From Planctomycetota bacterium (GTDB lineage Bacteria; Planctomycetota; PUPC01; JACPCR01): a DNA stretch of 64,000 nt. Where the stretch lies: the NCBI GenBank assembly GCA_027625095.1, contig JAQBXN010000033.1, positions 2,193-66,192 of the forward strand, read 5' to 3'. The position numbers and the translations under genes are program-made. This document shows positions 9,933 through 19,927 of the stretch, one piece after another; the stretch's first letter is position 1, and each line of letters begins with the position of its first letter. A model generated the notes under the pieces. That model was not told where the DNA came from and did not search any database. It saw nothing but the letters and a program-made list of their open reading frames with translations.

Positions 9933-10027
9933 TTCTGCGATTGGGGAGAACATTTGTAGCACAAAGTTGCACCCCGTGAAATGCCGGAATGCAACTCCGG
10001 CCTGTGATTTCGTTTCAGGCCCGCGGC
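9933..10027. repeat. Degenerate copy of the TTAG-cassette repeat family (GTAG-type core)
   Basis: GGAGAACATTTGTAGCAC...TCCGGCCTGTGATTT matches GGAGAACATTGTAGCAC...TCCGGCCTACGATT at 35847-35912, with a different internal palindrome (AGTTGCA...TGCAACT). Confidence 0.55.
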
Positions 10028-10038
10028 AAGGACGTTCA

Positions 10039-10698
10039 TCAAAGAGACCTTTCAGCATGACGCGCTGCATTCACGAAAGCGATTGCTCTCTCTTTTGAAA
10101 AAGTTCCATCCTCGTTCTCAACACCTGTATGGGAGTCCACTCCCCAGGGTCGGACAATTCGAATGGCCTCTCCAACGTTGTCCGGATTGAGGCCACCCGC
10201 AAGGATCACGGGTCTGGAAATTTCGTGAACCAGGCGTCGGCTGATTTCCCAATCGTGCGTCATTCCGGTCGCTCCGGTTTTACCTGTCGCGGGGTCGAAA
10301 GTATCCAGCAGGAAAGCATCCACTCTTTCCTGCCAGTCGTTAGCCTCGTCAATGGCGCTTTCATCTTTCATGATGATGCTCTTGATGGTCTTGATGCCAG
10401 GCCGTAAACCGCGCAGGCGTGCCACTTCAAACTGATCGATTTCCCCATGCAATTGAATGATTCGAATACCCAGGTAGTCGCATAGGTCTGCCGCTTCAAG
10501 TCCGGTGTCGATGTAAGTGATCAAAGTGGGCGATGCGAATGGTGGAAGTTGATGGATGATGTCACGTGCGCCCTCATCCTCAAGCCCGTTGTGCGGGCCT
10601 TTCGGCAGGCGAAGGGTGAACCCGAGCGAATCAACACCTGCATCAATCGCTGCGAGAGCGTCTTCAAGATTCGAGATTCCAGCGAGCTGAATGCGCAT
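10039..10698 (-). CDS. trpF: Phosphoribosylanthranilate isomerase
   Basis: IQLHG, FLLDT, GATGMTHDW, ILAGGLNPDNV, PWGVDSHTGVE. Confidence 0.85.
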   Translation of the reverse strand: MRIQLAGISNLEDALAAIDAGVDSLGFTLRLPKGPHNGLEDEGARDIIHQLPPFASPTLITYIDTGLEAADLCDYLGIRIIQLHGEIDQFEVARLRGLRPGIKTIKSIIMKDESAIDEANDWQERVDAFLLDTFDPATGKTGATGMTHDWEISRRLVHEISRPVILAGGLNPDNVGEAIRIVRPWGVDSHTGVENEDGTFSKERAIAFVNAARHAERSL

Positions 10699-12515
10699 CA
10701 GGCAGTGTCTTTCAGTAAAGCCCTCACCGCGGTCACCAGTGCATCGCCGAATGCCATTCCCAGGAATGGCAAAATGTGCAGGATAAGACGGAAATCCAGC
10801 GAGATGGCGTGAAAAAAGGCAACTGGCGCCGAAACCAGGAACATCCAGAACAGCAATCTCCTGTTCTCAGTCAAGAACCATCTGAGCCATCCAAGAATCG
10901 CCAGCCCCATCATCAAAGTCGATCCCATGAAGAGAAATTCCCATCCGTAACTGCCAATGTAGATGGATTGCAGCCCGGACATGATGTTAGTGATTGTCTC
11001 GCCTGGCGTGTGCCACTCCGTCAGAAAGTACTTTATGGAGTTGGTTTCCGGCCCTCGATACGGGTCGTCGCTTTTTGGCACAAGCTCATTGTCAACAAAT
11101 TCAATATTGCGGTAATACTTCAGATGTTTATTCACCGCGACCATCGGGTCGCCGTATTTCTGTTGCCAATAGATGAAGCTGGGCAGGTGGAACACTAGAG
11201 GAATGAGAATGGCTGCAACCAAGAGCTTTTTATTCCAGCCATTGCTCCAGTAAACGAAAAGCAGCATGACGACGAGCGTCGAGAAGCTGTTGGTTCTGGT
11301 GAGGCACATCAGAGAGCCAACGACTGCCAGCCAGATGGTCCGCTTCTTCTGGGACCAGTCTTTTTTCCCGAAGCAAAGAATTACGAACGCCAACCCAAGC
11401 ATGGCATAAAGTTCCAGCCGGTATCCCCGCACATTGATGTAGATGAAATTCCCGTTAAACGCGACGAAGGCCGCGGCGAGCAATCCCACCGGACGATTGA
11501 ACAGCTCGCGGCCGGTCAGCCAGGTCATAACGATGACGAGGAGTGAGAGACCGATAGTGGTCAGCCGGAGACTTGTTGCGCTGTGCCCCAGGAACCAGCC
11601 ACCAACCTTTACCAGGAAGGGAAATAGCGGCTCACGAAATTCGGTATCAATGAAGTAAGACGAACGCTGAGCAATCTCCAGGTAAGTCTGTGGATCGTGG
11701 TCCAGTGTTGCGGCGTGTAATTCAACGAGCTTCTCCCAACGCATGAGGAACGCCATCACAAGGATGACGCCAAGGGCCAGTGATTCAGTCCGGCATATTG
11801 TAAGCCGTTCAGTACGCTGCCACCTCCACAACAATAACGCTGCCAGAGCCAGAACAATTTCTCTGGCAAATAGTCGCAGGTCTTCAGGGAGGACGGCATG
11901 AACCGCCGCAAGACAGCCTAGGGCGGCGAGAAAACCAACTGCCCGTTCAAAGGGTGTATTCAGCGCGGAATACATCAGGAGATAAGTCAGGAGCGCGCCC
12001 GCACAGAAGCAAGCGAACAGATCCAGAGGAAACAGTGCATGAAGACGAACCACAATCAGGTGGGTCTGCCTCGCTTCACCGTCGTCTCTGGGATCGTTCA
12101 CGGCAATCCTGATCTGCGTCGGCTCTCCCACCGGGAGCAGCTCTGTAATATCCACTCCGTCACCCTTCTGTTCGTGCAGTGGCATGCTGGTTTCTCTGGT
12201 ACCATTTGCAATCGTCATCACCGCTTTGACGTTTTCGATGGGTGAAACCTCAACCATCACACGCTCGTGCTCTGCTCGAATGATGATGCTGTTCGACCGA
12301 TCTCTGTCGCCAGGTCTCAATTTCCATGTGGCCTGCGTCTCTTTGCGAACATTTTCCGTCCGACGCAGTTTTCCCAGGTCATTCCAGAAGATAACAATCG
12401 ATGCGAGCATGCCTCCTGCAAGGCAGACCGCAGTAAAACGATCAAGAGATGGGCAGCAGTTCTTGAGATTCAATACAGTGAGGTGCGAATGAAGAGGCTC
12501 GGAGGATACCTTCAT
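10698..12515 (-). CDS. Polytopic membrane glycosyltransferase (GT-C fold, ArnT/GT39-like)
   Basis: Many TM segments; DHDPQTYL, REPLFP, SLRL, GRELFNRPVGLLAA motifs typical of the PMT_2 family. 1-nt overlap with trpF. Start uncertain. Confidence 0.75.
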   Translation of the reverse strand: MKVSSEPLHSHLTVLNLKNCCPSLDRFTAVCLAGGMLASIVIFWNDLGKLRRTENVRKETQATWKLRPGDRDRSNSIIIRAEHERVMVEVSPIENVKAVMTIANGTRETSMPLHEQKGDGVDITELLPVGEPTQIRIAVNDPRDDGEARQTHLIVVRLHALFPLDLFACFCAGALLTYLLMYSALNTPFERAVGFLAALGCLAAVHAVLPEDLRLFAREIVLALAALLLWRWQRTERLTICRTESLALGVILVMAFLMRWEKLVELHAATLDHDPQTYLEIAQRSSYFIDTEFREPLFPFLVKVGGWFLGHSATSLRLTTIGLSLLVIVMTWLTGRELFNRPVGLLAAAFVAFNGNFIYINVRGYRLELYAMLGLAFVILCFGKKDWSQKKRTIWLAVVGSLMCLTRTNSFSTLVVMLLFVYWSNGWNKKLLVAAILIPLVFHLPSFIYWQQKYGDPMVAVNKHLKYYRNIEFVDNELVPKSDDPYRGPETNSIKYFLTEWHTPGETITNIMSGLQSIYIGSYGWEFLFMGSTLMMGLAILGWLRWFLTENRRLLFWMFLVSAPVAFFHAISLDFRLILHILPFLGMAFGDALVTAVRALLKDTA

Positions 12516-12660
12516 GTCTGCCGTGGCTCACGCGATCTGGCTCCCCAGCCTTCCTCCTTCAGTTCACATGGCGACACTACACCCAATTGAGCCTTTTAGA
12601 TCTGGCCATAGAGTATCCCGCTGCAAGTAATTAAAGAGCTGTTCCGATTTGTACCGACAA

Positions 12661-15357
12661 ATGTCTCGTCCCCACATCATGGTTTCATTGAAACCTCTCC
12701 TGCTTCTCGCCAGCTTTCTGCTCACGTTGAACGCCGAGCAGCCAGAAGAAGTTCGACTTTCCGTGTGGCAGTTACCACGTCCCGAATCGACCAGTATTCG
12801 GGCGATGTGTGACCGCGAGGTCATCCGCGCATTCAAGAAGAAGTATCCATACATCAATCTTTACGCTCCACAGGGAATCTCCATTCCGGAACTCGGTATG
12901 GACAGCCGCCCCCTGATGGCCATCGCCGGAGGTGTCAGCCCGGATGTCATTTACGTGAACTTTCGGCAGTCGGACACCTACATCCAGGAGGGATTTCTTT
13001 ATCCTCTGGATGAATGGCTGGAAAAGTTGCCCGACGAAGAACGGCAGGAGCGCATTCTGCCGCAGGTCGAAAAAGTTATTCGGCGTTGGGGCCCGGGAAA
13101 GGTGACCGGTGAAGACACTGAAAAACATTACTGGGCGCTGCCATATGGCAACTACATCAAGGGGATGGTCTGGCGAAAAGACCTGTTTAAGTCCGTCGGA
13201 TTGGACCCTGAGAGACCGCCTCAGGACTGGAAGGAATTGATGGATTATGCCCGTCGCTGCACAAATCCGGCAAAGGGCACTCAAGGCCTGCTGTGGGGTA
13301 AGGGCGATCACTGGTCCTGGTATTTTTACAGCATCATTTGCTCGGCAGGAGCAAGAGCTATGGAGGATCGTGGCGAAGACGAATGGTTCGCTTCCTTTAA
13401 TACACCTGAGGCCGTTGCGGCATACGAATTCATTCTTGAACTCGTCGAGGGGAAATGGCGGCATCCCAATGGCGATGTTATCGAAGGGGTGGTCAACAGA
13501 GATCTTGATGGATGGGCCCTCTGGGACAAAGGGCAGATAGCGATGATGGAAATGTACTTCACAGAAGATTTCCTGGTCGACATCAATCCCGAGCTCGTCG
13601 GGATAGCGCCGGTCCCGCTTGGGCCGGGAGGTCTCCGTGGTTCAGAATTGAATTGCACCATGTGCGGAATCTTTTCCGGCGCTGCGAAAAAGGGTCGAAA
13701 CGTTCTCGAGGCTGCATGGAAGTTTGTGCACTTTCTCGGCTCGACCGAGGCCAAGGAGATTCGGACCAAGGTCCTGGTCGAAAACGGCTACGGTATGTTT
13801 GCTAACCCCCGCTATCTGCAAAAGCTCGGATACACCGAGTACCTGCGACGTATCCCCAAGCAATGGCAGGAGTCATTTTCATCCGCCATGTCCGACGGCG
13901 AGCCAGAGCCTTACGGACGCAATTGCCAGATGGTTTACCGATTCATGAGCGAACCGGCGGATCACATGTTGCAAGCCGGAATGGCCACCAGGACTTTCGA
14001 AGCCGTGGAATCAGCTCGCAAGAAGTTGAAGGCACAGAAGCCTGGCATCTCTGATATCGAATTGTCTGCCGAGCTCGTAAAAGTTGACGCTGCCTCTCGA
14101 ACAAAAGTCAGAAAGGAAATTCAGAAATGGCTGGATGAATACGTTCGCCTGGCCAACGAAAAGATGATCGGACGTGTGCCGGAGGATGTCATGCAGAAAC
14201 GGCGGCGAATTGCCCTGGTGGTGGCCTCGGCCATTCTCGTCCTCTTCAGCGTGCTTTTCTTTTACATACTGAGAATCTTCACCCCTCCGGAGACCGCCGG
14301 AAAGGGGAGATGGCAATTCAAAAAATTCTGGTTCGCCTACCTGCTGCTTGTCCCAGCCATGGGAGCGATTGCACTCTGGCAATACTTCCCTCTTGGGTGG
14401 GGCGGTCTCATGGCATTCCAGGATTACCGGATTGTCCTGCCAACGAAGTGGGTCGGACTGGATAACTTTGCCACGGTGTTCTGGGATTCCGAATTCTGGC
14501 AGGCGCTTTCCGCTAGTCTGCGGTATGCGTTTCTGTCAATATTTTTTGGCTTTTTCACTCCTGTAGTCTTAGCCATCCTGCTGCATGAGATCCCCCAGGG
14601 CAAGGTCCTGTACCGGACCCTTTATTACCTGCCGGCAGTAATATCCGGGCTGGTTGTCATGTTGATGTGGAAAAGTTTTTTCGACCCGTCGTCCTCGGGT
14701 CTTCTGAATCAGCTAATTCTGGCTATTCCAACAAATGGGGTATGGCTCTTCGGCGGCCTGCTTTCTGTCATTCTTCTGGGTGCTGGATACTTCAATCACA
14801 ATGAAGGTAGAAAGGTGGCCGGCCCGGTCTTCGGCGCCTTGGGAATCGCCGCATGCTTATGCACCTGGCTGTTGGATAGCCTCGTCGAGTTACCTTTTGA
14901 ACCGCAGAAATGGCTGGACGATAGTACCTGGGCCATGCCCTGTATCATCCTTCCCCTCGTCTGGTCGGGCGTCGGGCCGGGTTGCCTCATCTATCTGGCA
15001 GCCTTGAAGACGATACCGGAAGACCTCTACGAAGCCGCTGATATCGACGGCGCCGGCTTCATCGCGAAAATCTGTCACATCACCATCCCCAGTATAAAAG
15101 TCTTGATCGTGATCAATTTCATCGGTGCGGTTGTCGGCGCATTCAGAGTCGCCGAATACATCCTTGCCATGACCGGTGGTGGCCCCGCAGGATCCACCCG
15201 CGTGCTTGCCCTCAAGATTTTTTACGATGCGTTCGTCTATCTGAAATTTGGATTCGCCACGGCATCCGCCTGGGTACTCGGGGCAATGCTGATCGGATTT
15301 ACCGTTTTCCAACTGAAGCGCCTATCGAATGTCGAGTTCCGCACCGCAGGAAGCTGA
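12661..15357 (+). CDS. Fused extracellular solute-binding protein + carbohydrate ABC permease
   Basis: Signal-like N-terminus; SBP_bac_1 features (AIAGGVSPDV, LYPLD, WRKDLFKSVGLDPERPPQDW); then TM domain with WVGLDNF and EAA loop IPEDLYEAADIDGAG. Start could be 12649, 12661 or 12679. Confidence 0.88.
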   Translation: MSRPHIMVSLKPLLLLASFLLTLNAEQPEEVRLSVWQLPRPESTSIRAMCDREVIRAFKKKYPYINLYAPQGISIPELGMDSRPLMAIAGGVSPDVIYVNFRQSDTYIQEGFLYPLDEWLEKLPDEERQERILPQVEKVIRRWGPGKVTGEDTEKHYWALPYGNYIKGMVWRKDLFKSVGLDPERPPQDWKELMDYARRCTNPAKGTQGLLWGKGDHWSWYFYSIICSAGARAMEDRGEDEWFASFNTPEAVAAYEFILELVEGKWRHPNGDVIEGVVNRDLDGWALWDKGQIAMMEMYFTEDFLVDINPELVGIAPVPLGPGGLRGSELNCTMCGIFSGAAKKGRNVLEAAWKFVHFLGSTEAKEIRTKVLVENGYGMFANPRYLQKLGYTEYLRRIPKQWQESFSSAMSDGEPEPYGRNCQMVYRFMSEPADHMLQAGMATRTFEAVESARKKLKAQKPGISDIELSAELVKVDAASRTKVRKEIQKWLDEYVRLANEKMIGRVPEDVMQKRRRIALVVASAILVLFSVLFFYILRIFTPPETAGKGRWQFKKFWFAYLLLVPAMGAIALWQYFPLGWGGLMAFQDYRIVLPTKWVGLDNFATVFWDSEFWQALSASLRYAFLSIFFGFFTPVVLAILLHEIPQGKVLYRTLYYLPAVISGLVVMLMWKSFFDPSSSGLLNQLILAIPTNGVWLFGGLLSVILLGAGYFNHNEGRKVAGPVFGALGIAACLCTWLLDSLVELPFEPQKWLDDSTWAMPCIILPLVWSGVGPGCLIYLAALKTIPEDLYEAADIDGAGFIAKICHITIPSIKVLIVINFIGAVVGAFRVAEYILAMTGGGPAGSTRVLALKIFYDAFVYLKFGFATASAWVLGAMLIGFTVFQLKRLSNVEFRTAGS

Positions 15358-15391
15358 TGGTTGTTCATTAACCATTAACCATTCTTAACCC

Positions 15392-17338
15392 ATGCCCCTC
15401 ATTTCAACAGTCGGCAGACGTTCACTGCACGTCAGGTTGCTCATTGCCAGCCTGTACGTGGTGCTGACGCTTGGCGCGACAACTATGGTGTATCCGTTTC
15501 TGTTGATGATTTCCGGCTCGTTTAAATCGGACGTGGATAAAAATGAGTTCGATGTAGTGCCGGCATTTTTTCGTAATCCTGACGTCCTCTTCCGCAAACA
15601 TCTCGAGTTCAAATACAACAACCTTATTACAGAGTACAAACATTCAAGCCGGGTCAGGGCATATGAATTCGCACAGGTTCAGATTCCGGGTAAGCCTGAT
15701 GCCGATACCTCCAAGCCTGCAGGTGCAAATACCCTTCAATGGTGGTCAGGTAGTATTCCCCCCGGCAAATACAACGAGCAAAAGGTTAAAGACTGGAAGG
15801 AGTTCGAAGCCGAATACAATCCCGCCCCGAGCACTTACTGGCTCGGGTATACTCAGCACTCGAATAAACTCATGCCCTGGAAGGAGCGGGAATTCCGCTC
15901 GCTGTTGCAGGAAACCACTGAAGGCGATCTCGACGAATTCAACAAACAGTTCGAAACATATGCAGAGAGCTGGATAGGCGTCGGCCGCATGACCGAGCGT
16001 TTGACTGAGCGGCGGTATCAACTCAACGAGCACCCGCTGCTGAAGGCTTACTACGAATTCAAAGAGAAGCAGCCGGTTTGGTTTCGGTTTTATCCCAGCC
16101 TTGATGGCAAGTATGTGCAGACCTACCTGGAGGCGACATATGGGCAGGAGATATCAGAATACAACAAGGCGCACAATACTGATTGGAAGCGCTACAGCGA
16201 TATCATCCTCTGGCCGACCGCACCGTCGAATGAACCGGAGCGCGGTGAGTGGGAGCACTTCGTCCGGGAAGAGCTGAACCTGCAGTTCATCCGGGTGGAT
16301 GAGGGAGCGCTTCCCCATTACCGCGAGTTCCTGAGCAAACAATACGCGGGGGACCTTGGTCTCCTGAATCAAAGATACAAGACCAACTTTCCGGCATTCG
16401 CTCAAGCGGCCTTCCCTGAGAACCTCGTCTATGCATCGGAACAACTGGTGGACTGGGCAGAATTCATCAAGAACGTTCCCCTTGAATTTCTCTACCTGAC
16501 GAGTCCGGAACTCGAATTCAGGTCGTTCCTCAAGAAAAAATATACAGAGGACCTCGAGGCTCTGATCAGCGCCCACGAGACTGAATACCTTTCATTCGAG
16601 CACGTTCCAATCTCCTCGATCGAAGTGGACTACGCGGATTTCATCGCCAATCAGGATGCCATTCGGTGGGAGTTCATAACCGCCAACTATGTGCAGGTAC
16701 TCGATTACATCGTGCTCCATGGCTACAGCCTGGCAAACACGATCATTTACTGCCTGCTCTCCATACTTGTTTCCCTGACAGTCAATCCAATCGCCGCCTA
16801 CGCACTGAGCAGGTTTCGTCCTCCGAGCTCGTATAAGCTGTTGCTCTTCTGCATGACCACGATGGCCTTCCCGGCCGCGGTGACCATGATCCCGAGCTTC
16901 CTGCTGGTAAAGAATCTCGGGCTTCTGAACACCTTCTGGGCGCTCATCCTGCCCGGCATGGCCAATGGTTTCAGCATCTTCCTGCTCAAAGGTTTTTTCG
17001 ACTCTCTTCCCCGTGAGCTTTATGAATCAGCCACCATAGACGGCGCGGGGGAGTGGGTGATGTTCTGGAATCTCACCATGTCGCTATCCAAACCCATTCT
17101 GGCGGTGCTTGCGCTTGGGGCCTTCACGCAAGCTTATGGAAACTTCATGTTCGCATTCATTCTCTGTCCCGACGAGAAGATGTGGACGCTGATGGTCTTT
17201 CTCTACAATCTTCAGTACCGAGGCCACATGGGTCTGACTTTCGCCGCTCTCCTTGTCGCCGCCATCCCCACCTTTCTGGTTTTTGTTTTCTGCCAGAACA
17301 TCATTATCAGGGGAATTGTGGTACCGGTTGAGAAGTAG
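15392..17338 (+). CDS. Carbohydrate ABC permease (MalG-like) with ~390-aa periplasmic insertion
   Basis: YPFLLMISGSFK N-terminal TM, AAYALSRF, LPRELYESATIDGAG EAA loop, LSKPILA, AAIPT...QNIIIRGI. Confidence 0.88.
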   Translation: MPLISTVGRRSLHVRLLIASLYVVLTLGATTMVYPFLLMISGSFKSDVDKNEFDVVPAFFRNPDVLFRKHLEFKYNNLITEYKHSSRVRAYEFAQVQIPGKPDADTSKPAGANTLQWWSGSIPPGKYNEQKVKDWKEFEAEYNPAPSTYWLGYTQHSNKLMPWKEREFRSLLQETTEGDLDEFNKQFETYAESWIGVGRMTERLTERRYQLNEHPLLKAYYEFKEKQPVWFRFYPSLDGKYVQTYLEATYGQEISEYNKAHNTDWKRYSDIILWPTAPSNEPERGEWEHFVREELNLQFIRVDEGALPHYREFLSKQYAGDLGLLNQRYKTNFPAFAQAAFPENLVYASEQLVDWAEFIKNVPLEFLYLTSPELEFRSFLKKKYTEDLEALISAHETEYLSFEHVPISSIEVDYADFIANQDAIRWEFITANYVQVLDYIVLHGYSLANTIIYCLLSILVSLTVNPIAAYALSRFRPPSSYKLLLFCMTTMAFPAAVTMIPSFLLVKNLGLLNTFWALILPGMANGFSIFLLKGFFDSLPRELYESATIDGAGEWVMFWNLTMSLSKPILAVLALGAFTQAYGNFMFAFILCPDEKMWTLMVFLYNLQYRGHMGLTFAALLVAAIPTFLVFVFCQNIIIRGIVVPVEK

Positions 17339-17339
17339 A

Positions 17340-17466
17340 TTAGAGTCCCAGGTTGTTACTTCTCCGCGTGGTGCGGAGATCTTCCTGGGAGCGGAAACGT
17401 CTCGCTTCCGTGCGGAGGCAAGACGCCTCCGCTCCCAGGTTTGATTGCGGCTAAAGGCCGCGTTAG
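17340..17466. repeat. TTAG-delimited palindromic cassette (MITE/REPIN-like), copy 1
   Basis: TTAG at 17340 and 17463; left hairpin TCTCCGCGTGGTGCGGAGA; core palindrome 17384-17439; right hairpin GCGGCTAAAGGCCGC. Confidence 0.75.
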
Positions 17467-17469
17467 GTT

Positions 17470-18624
17470 TTGTGTTTCACCAAAGGAGCGAATTTGAAGA
17501 CTTACAAATTTGAAAACATCAGTCTCGAAATCAGCGGGCCTTCACTTGTTGGCAGCAACGAGGGCCATTTCTGGTTTCCAACCGTTCATCCGCTGGGTGG
17601 TTCGGACGTCCTCTGTGGAGTCGTGCTGAGTGCAGATGTCGCACAGGGCGAGTGGCCTGCATCCATGTTCTTATCAAGGGACAGCGGAGACACCTGGTCT
17701 CATGCCGCAGATATCGAGAGCTACGGACATACTTCCGTACAGCGCGCTGAAGGTGAAATCCTGTTAATGCCCTACGAGACATGGCCGCGGGAGGCCGGGG
17801 ATAAAAGGAACGGCTCTGCAAAAGGAACAATCATCACCATGACGGGCAAAGGTGAAGTCGCGTCCGTTCGGGCTCCGATGCAGTTCCTTGGATTCCCCAG
17901 GGACCTTGCCGATTACCACGAGACCGAGCTCTCTCTCATGAACAACGGGAACATCCTCAAACTGCGGGATGGTTCTCTGCTCACCACCGTCTACGGAAAA
18001 TTCGCCGGTGAAGAGAAGTGCTGTGTATGGTGCCTAACCAGTGCGGACGGCGGAACGACTTGGAATTACCTGAGCACCGCCGCCTCCTGGAAAGACACAC
18101 CAGGAGCGAAGGAGGGCCCCGATGAATCTGCTACCGTCAGGATGGCCGATGGAAACCTGATGTGTGTCTACCGCATCGGCAGTGGGAGAGACCAACTGTT
18201 CCATAAATCTGTCAGTACCGATCAGGGCCGGAATTGGTCCAAACCAGAGTCAATTGAAAACGCCTGGTCCGTTCAACCTCGGCTCACCTCGATTGGTGAT
18301 CATTTACTTCTGTTGTCAGGCGGCCGTCCTGGTTTGTTCTTGTGGGTTTGCGCGGATGGCCTTGGCCAGAACTGGCATCGGATCAGCCTTGCTGCTCATC
18401 ACAACGAATTCTTTGACGATCCGGAATTTCATTATGAAGAAGGAGTCTGCTCGGGGGAGAACCAACCCACCCCAACCCAGACCACCTCATACACGGGTCT
18501 CTCGGCCATCGGGCCGGACGAAGCCGTCCTCTGCTACGATCGCCTCGCCAATGGCTGGCAACCTTCGCCGGGGCCGTGGGGTATCAAGAGCGCGGCGTTT
18601 GCGGTGCGAATTCGAGTGTCCTGA
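17470..18624 (+). CDS. Sialidase-family/BNR (Asp-box) beta-propeller protein
   Basis: Asp boxes SRDSGDTW, SADGGTTW, STDQGRNW, CADGLGQNW. Start uncertain (TTG). Confidence 0.78.
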   Translation: MCFTKGANLKTYKFENISLEISGPSLVGSNEGHFWFPTVHPLGGSDVLCGVVLSADVAQGEWPASMFLSRDSGDTWSHAADIESYGHTSVQRAEGEILLMPYETWPREAGDKRNGSAKGTIITMTGKGEVASVRAPMQFLGFPRDLADYHETELSLMNNGNILKLRDGSLLTTVYGKFAGEEKCCVWCLTSADGGTTWNYLSTAASWKDTPGAKEGPDESATVRMADGNLMCVYRIGSGRDQLFHKSVSTDQGRNWSKPESIENAWSVQPRLTSIGDHLLLLSGGRPGLFLWVCADGLGQNWHRISLAAHHNEFFDDPEFHYEEGVCSGENQPTPTQTTSYTGLSAIGPDEAVLCYDRLANGWQPSPGPWGIKSAAFAVRIRVS

Positions 18625-18634
18625 ATGCTCGTCT

Positions 18635-19777
18635 TCAACTGGCATCAACGAGCTGGAAGACACTCTCGTTGTAAGGCCTGGTTTCCCGTTCTGTACGACT
18701 GGTGACGGCACGCTGTTGCACATTTAGAATTTTGCAGCCGGCCAGTTCAGCAATCGAGGGATATAGCCCGAAGCTGTCGTGCGCCACGATGAAAATCGGC
18801 GCATTCGGTTTCAAGAATCGTTTGGTGTTTGTCAGAACTTCAGCGATGTCATTCACATACTCATCTCTCACCCTCTTTGATTTACCTCCGATTTTTGGGC
18901 CGATTTCCTGATCATCGCGTCTCTCGATTCCGAACAGTTCATACGCGTAGATGTGCTGTTGATGGTAATCAATGGCGCCGACGTAAGGCGGCGAACTGAA
19001 GATGCCGTCCAGCGTATGCTCCAATTCAAGGGTGCGAGTATCGGCATGAAACACATGAATCTCAGCATCGGTGCGAAGGTCCCGGAATTCGCGTAGCCGT
19101 TGCATGGTGTCCTTTGAGTATTTGCGCAGAAACTTCAGGCACTGCTGTATGGGCTTGCAGATACGGTTGTGCTTGTAGCAGTAATATGGCTCGGATACGG
19201 GCGCTCTGGGCGCGGCGATATCAAAATGTGCTGCCAGTCTAGAAGACCGCGCGGCACGGCTGAGGACAATCATCAGGAGGTCCTCGTGCTCGTATTCGGG
19301 GATGATGGAACGATAGAAGAGCATTTCCTGAAGGGCACGGCCGGCGAACCATGTTTTCAGGTAATCGCTTTCAGTGTGAAACTCTTTCGATTCTTCCACC
19401 AACCCTGTGCGATTGGAACTGAATCGCTCTTCGCTGAAAGCCTTCACCCGATTCAGCGAGGACTGGATTTCCTTTTCAACAGCGCCGAGGTCGTAGACCT
19501 CTGATTTTGTCCTCACTATCTTGCAGTTGAAATCCGAGATATCGCAGCCGACGGCGTGAATGCCCAGTTCGTTGGCCTGGATCAGGGTGGTGCCCGAGCC
19601 CATAAAAGGATCGAGAATCCAATCACCGGCTTTGAAATAATTCTTCAGGAAATGCTCCACGAGCTGGGGAATAAACTTTCCCAGGTAGGGGTGCAGTTTG
19701 TGCACATGCTTGGTGCGTTCCGATTCCGGAACGTCTGCAAAACCGAGCCCGGGGTTGATAATTTCGTGTCCGCTCAT
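18635..19777 (-). CDS. Amino-DNA methyltransferase (likely N4-cytosine, alpha motif order), orphan
   Basis: LHPYLGKF, ILDPFMGSGTT (motif I), FSSPPY (motif IV). Confidence 0.82.
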   Translation of the reverse strand: MSGHEIINPGLGFADVPESERTKHVHKLHPYLGKFIPQLVEHFLKNYFKAGDWILDPFMGSGTTLIQANELGIHAVGCDISDFNCKIVRTKSEVYDLGAVEKEIQSSLNRVKAFSEERFSSNRTGLVEESKEFHTESDYLKTWFAGRALQEMLFYRSIIPEYEHEDLLMIVLSRAARSSRLAAHFDIAAPRAPVSEPYYCYKHNRICKPIQQCLKFLRKYSKDTMQRLREFRDLRTDAEIHVFHADTRTLELEHTLDGIFSSPPYVGAIDYHQQHIYAYELFGIERRDDQEIGPKIGGKSKRVRDEYVNDIAEVLTNTKRFLKPNAPIFIVAHDSFGLYPSIAELAGCKILNVQQRAVTSRTERETRPYNESVFQLVDAS

Positions 19778-19927
19778 CTATCGTCCAGGTATTGGGCATA
19801 CATAAATCGTTGCCCGAACTTCACAACCCAGCTTCGTTGTAACTTCCACAAGGGTTGGAAAGTTTACTCATTGAAGCGGTACGGTACTGCCGTACTATCT
19901 TCTCATTCCACGAACGGAACTCACTTA

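Noticed and set aside
17340-17470. Integron attC site (GTTAGGT fits GTTRRRY)
   Set aside because: No matching RYYYAAC left end, the other copies do not keep GTTRRRY, and there is no integrase or cassette array.
19556-19927. N-terminal extensions in the ORF track (also 2824-3048, 5645-5869, 23715-23894, 32975-33136)
   Set aside because: They overlap neighbouring genes or lack family-like sequence. Downstream ATGs match the domain starts.
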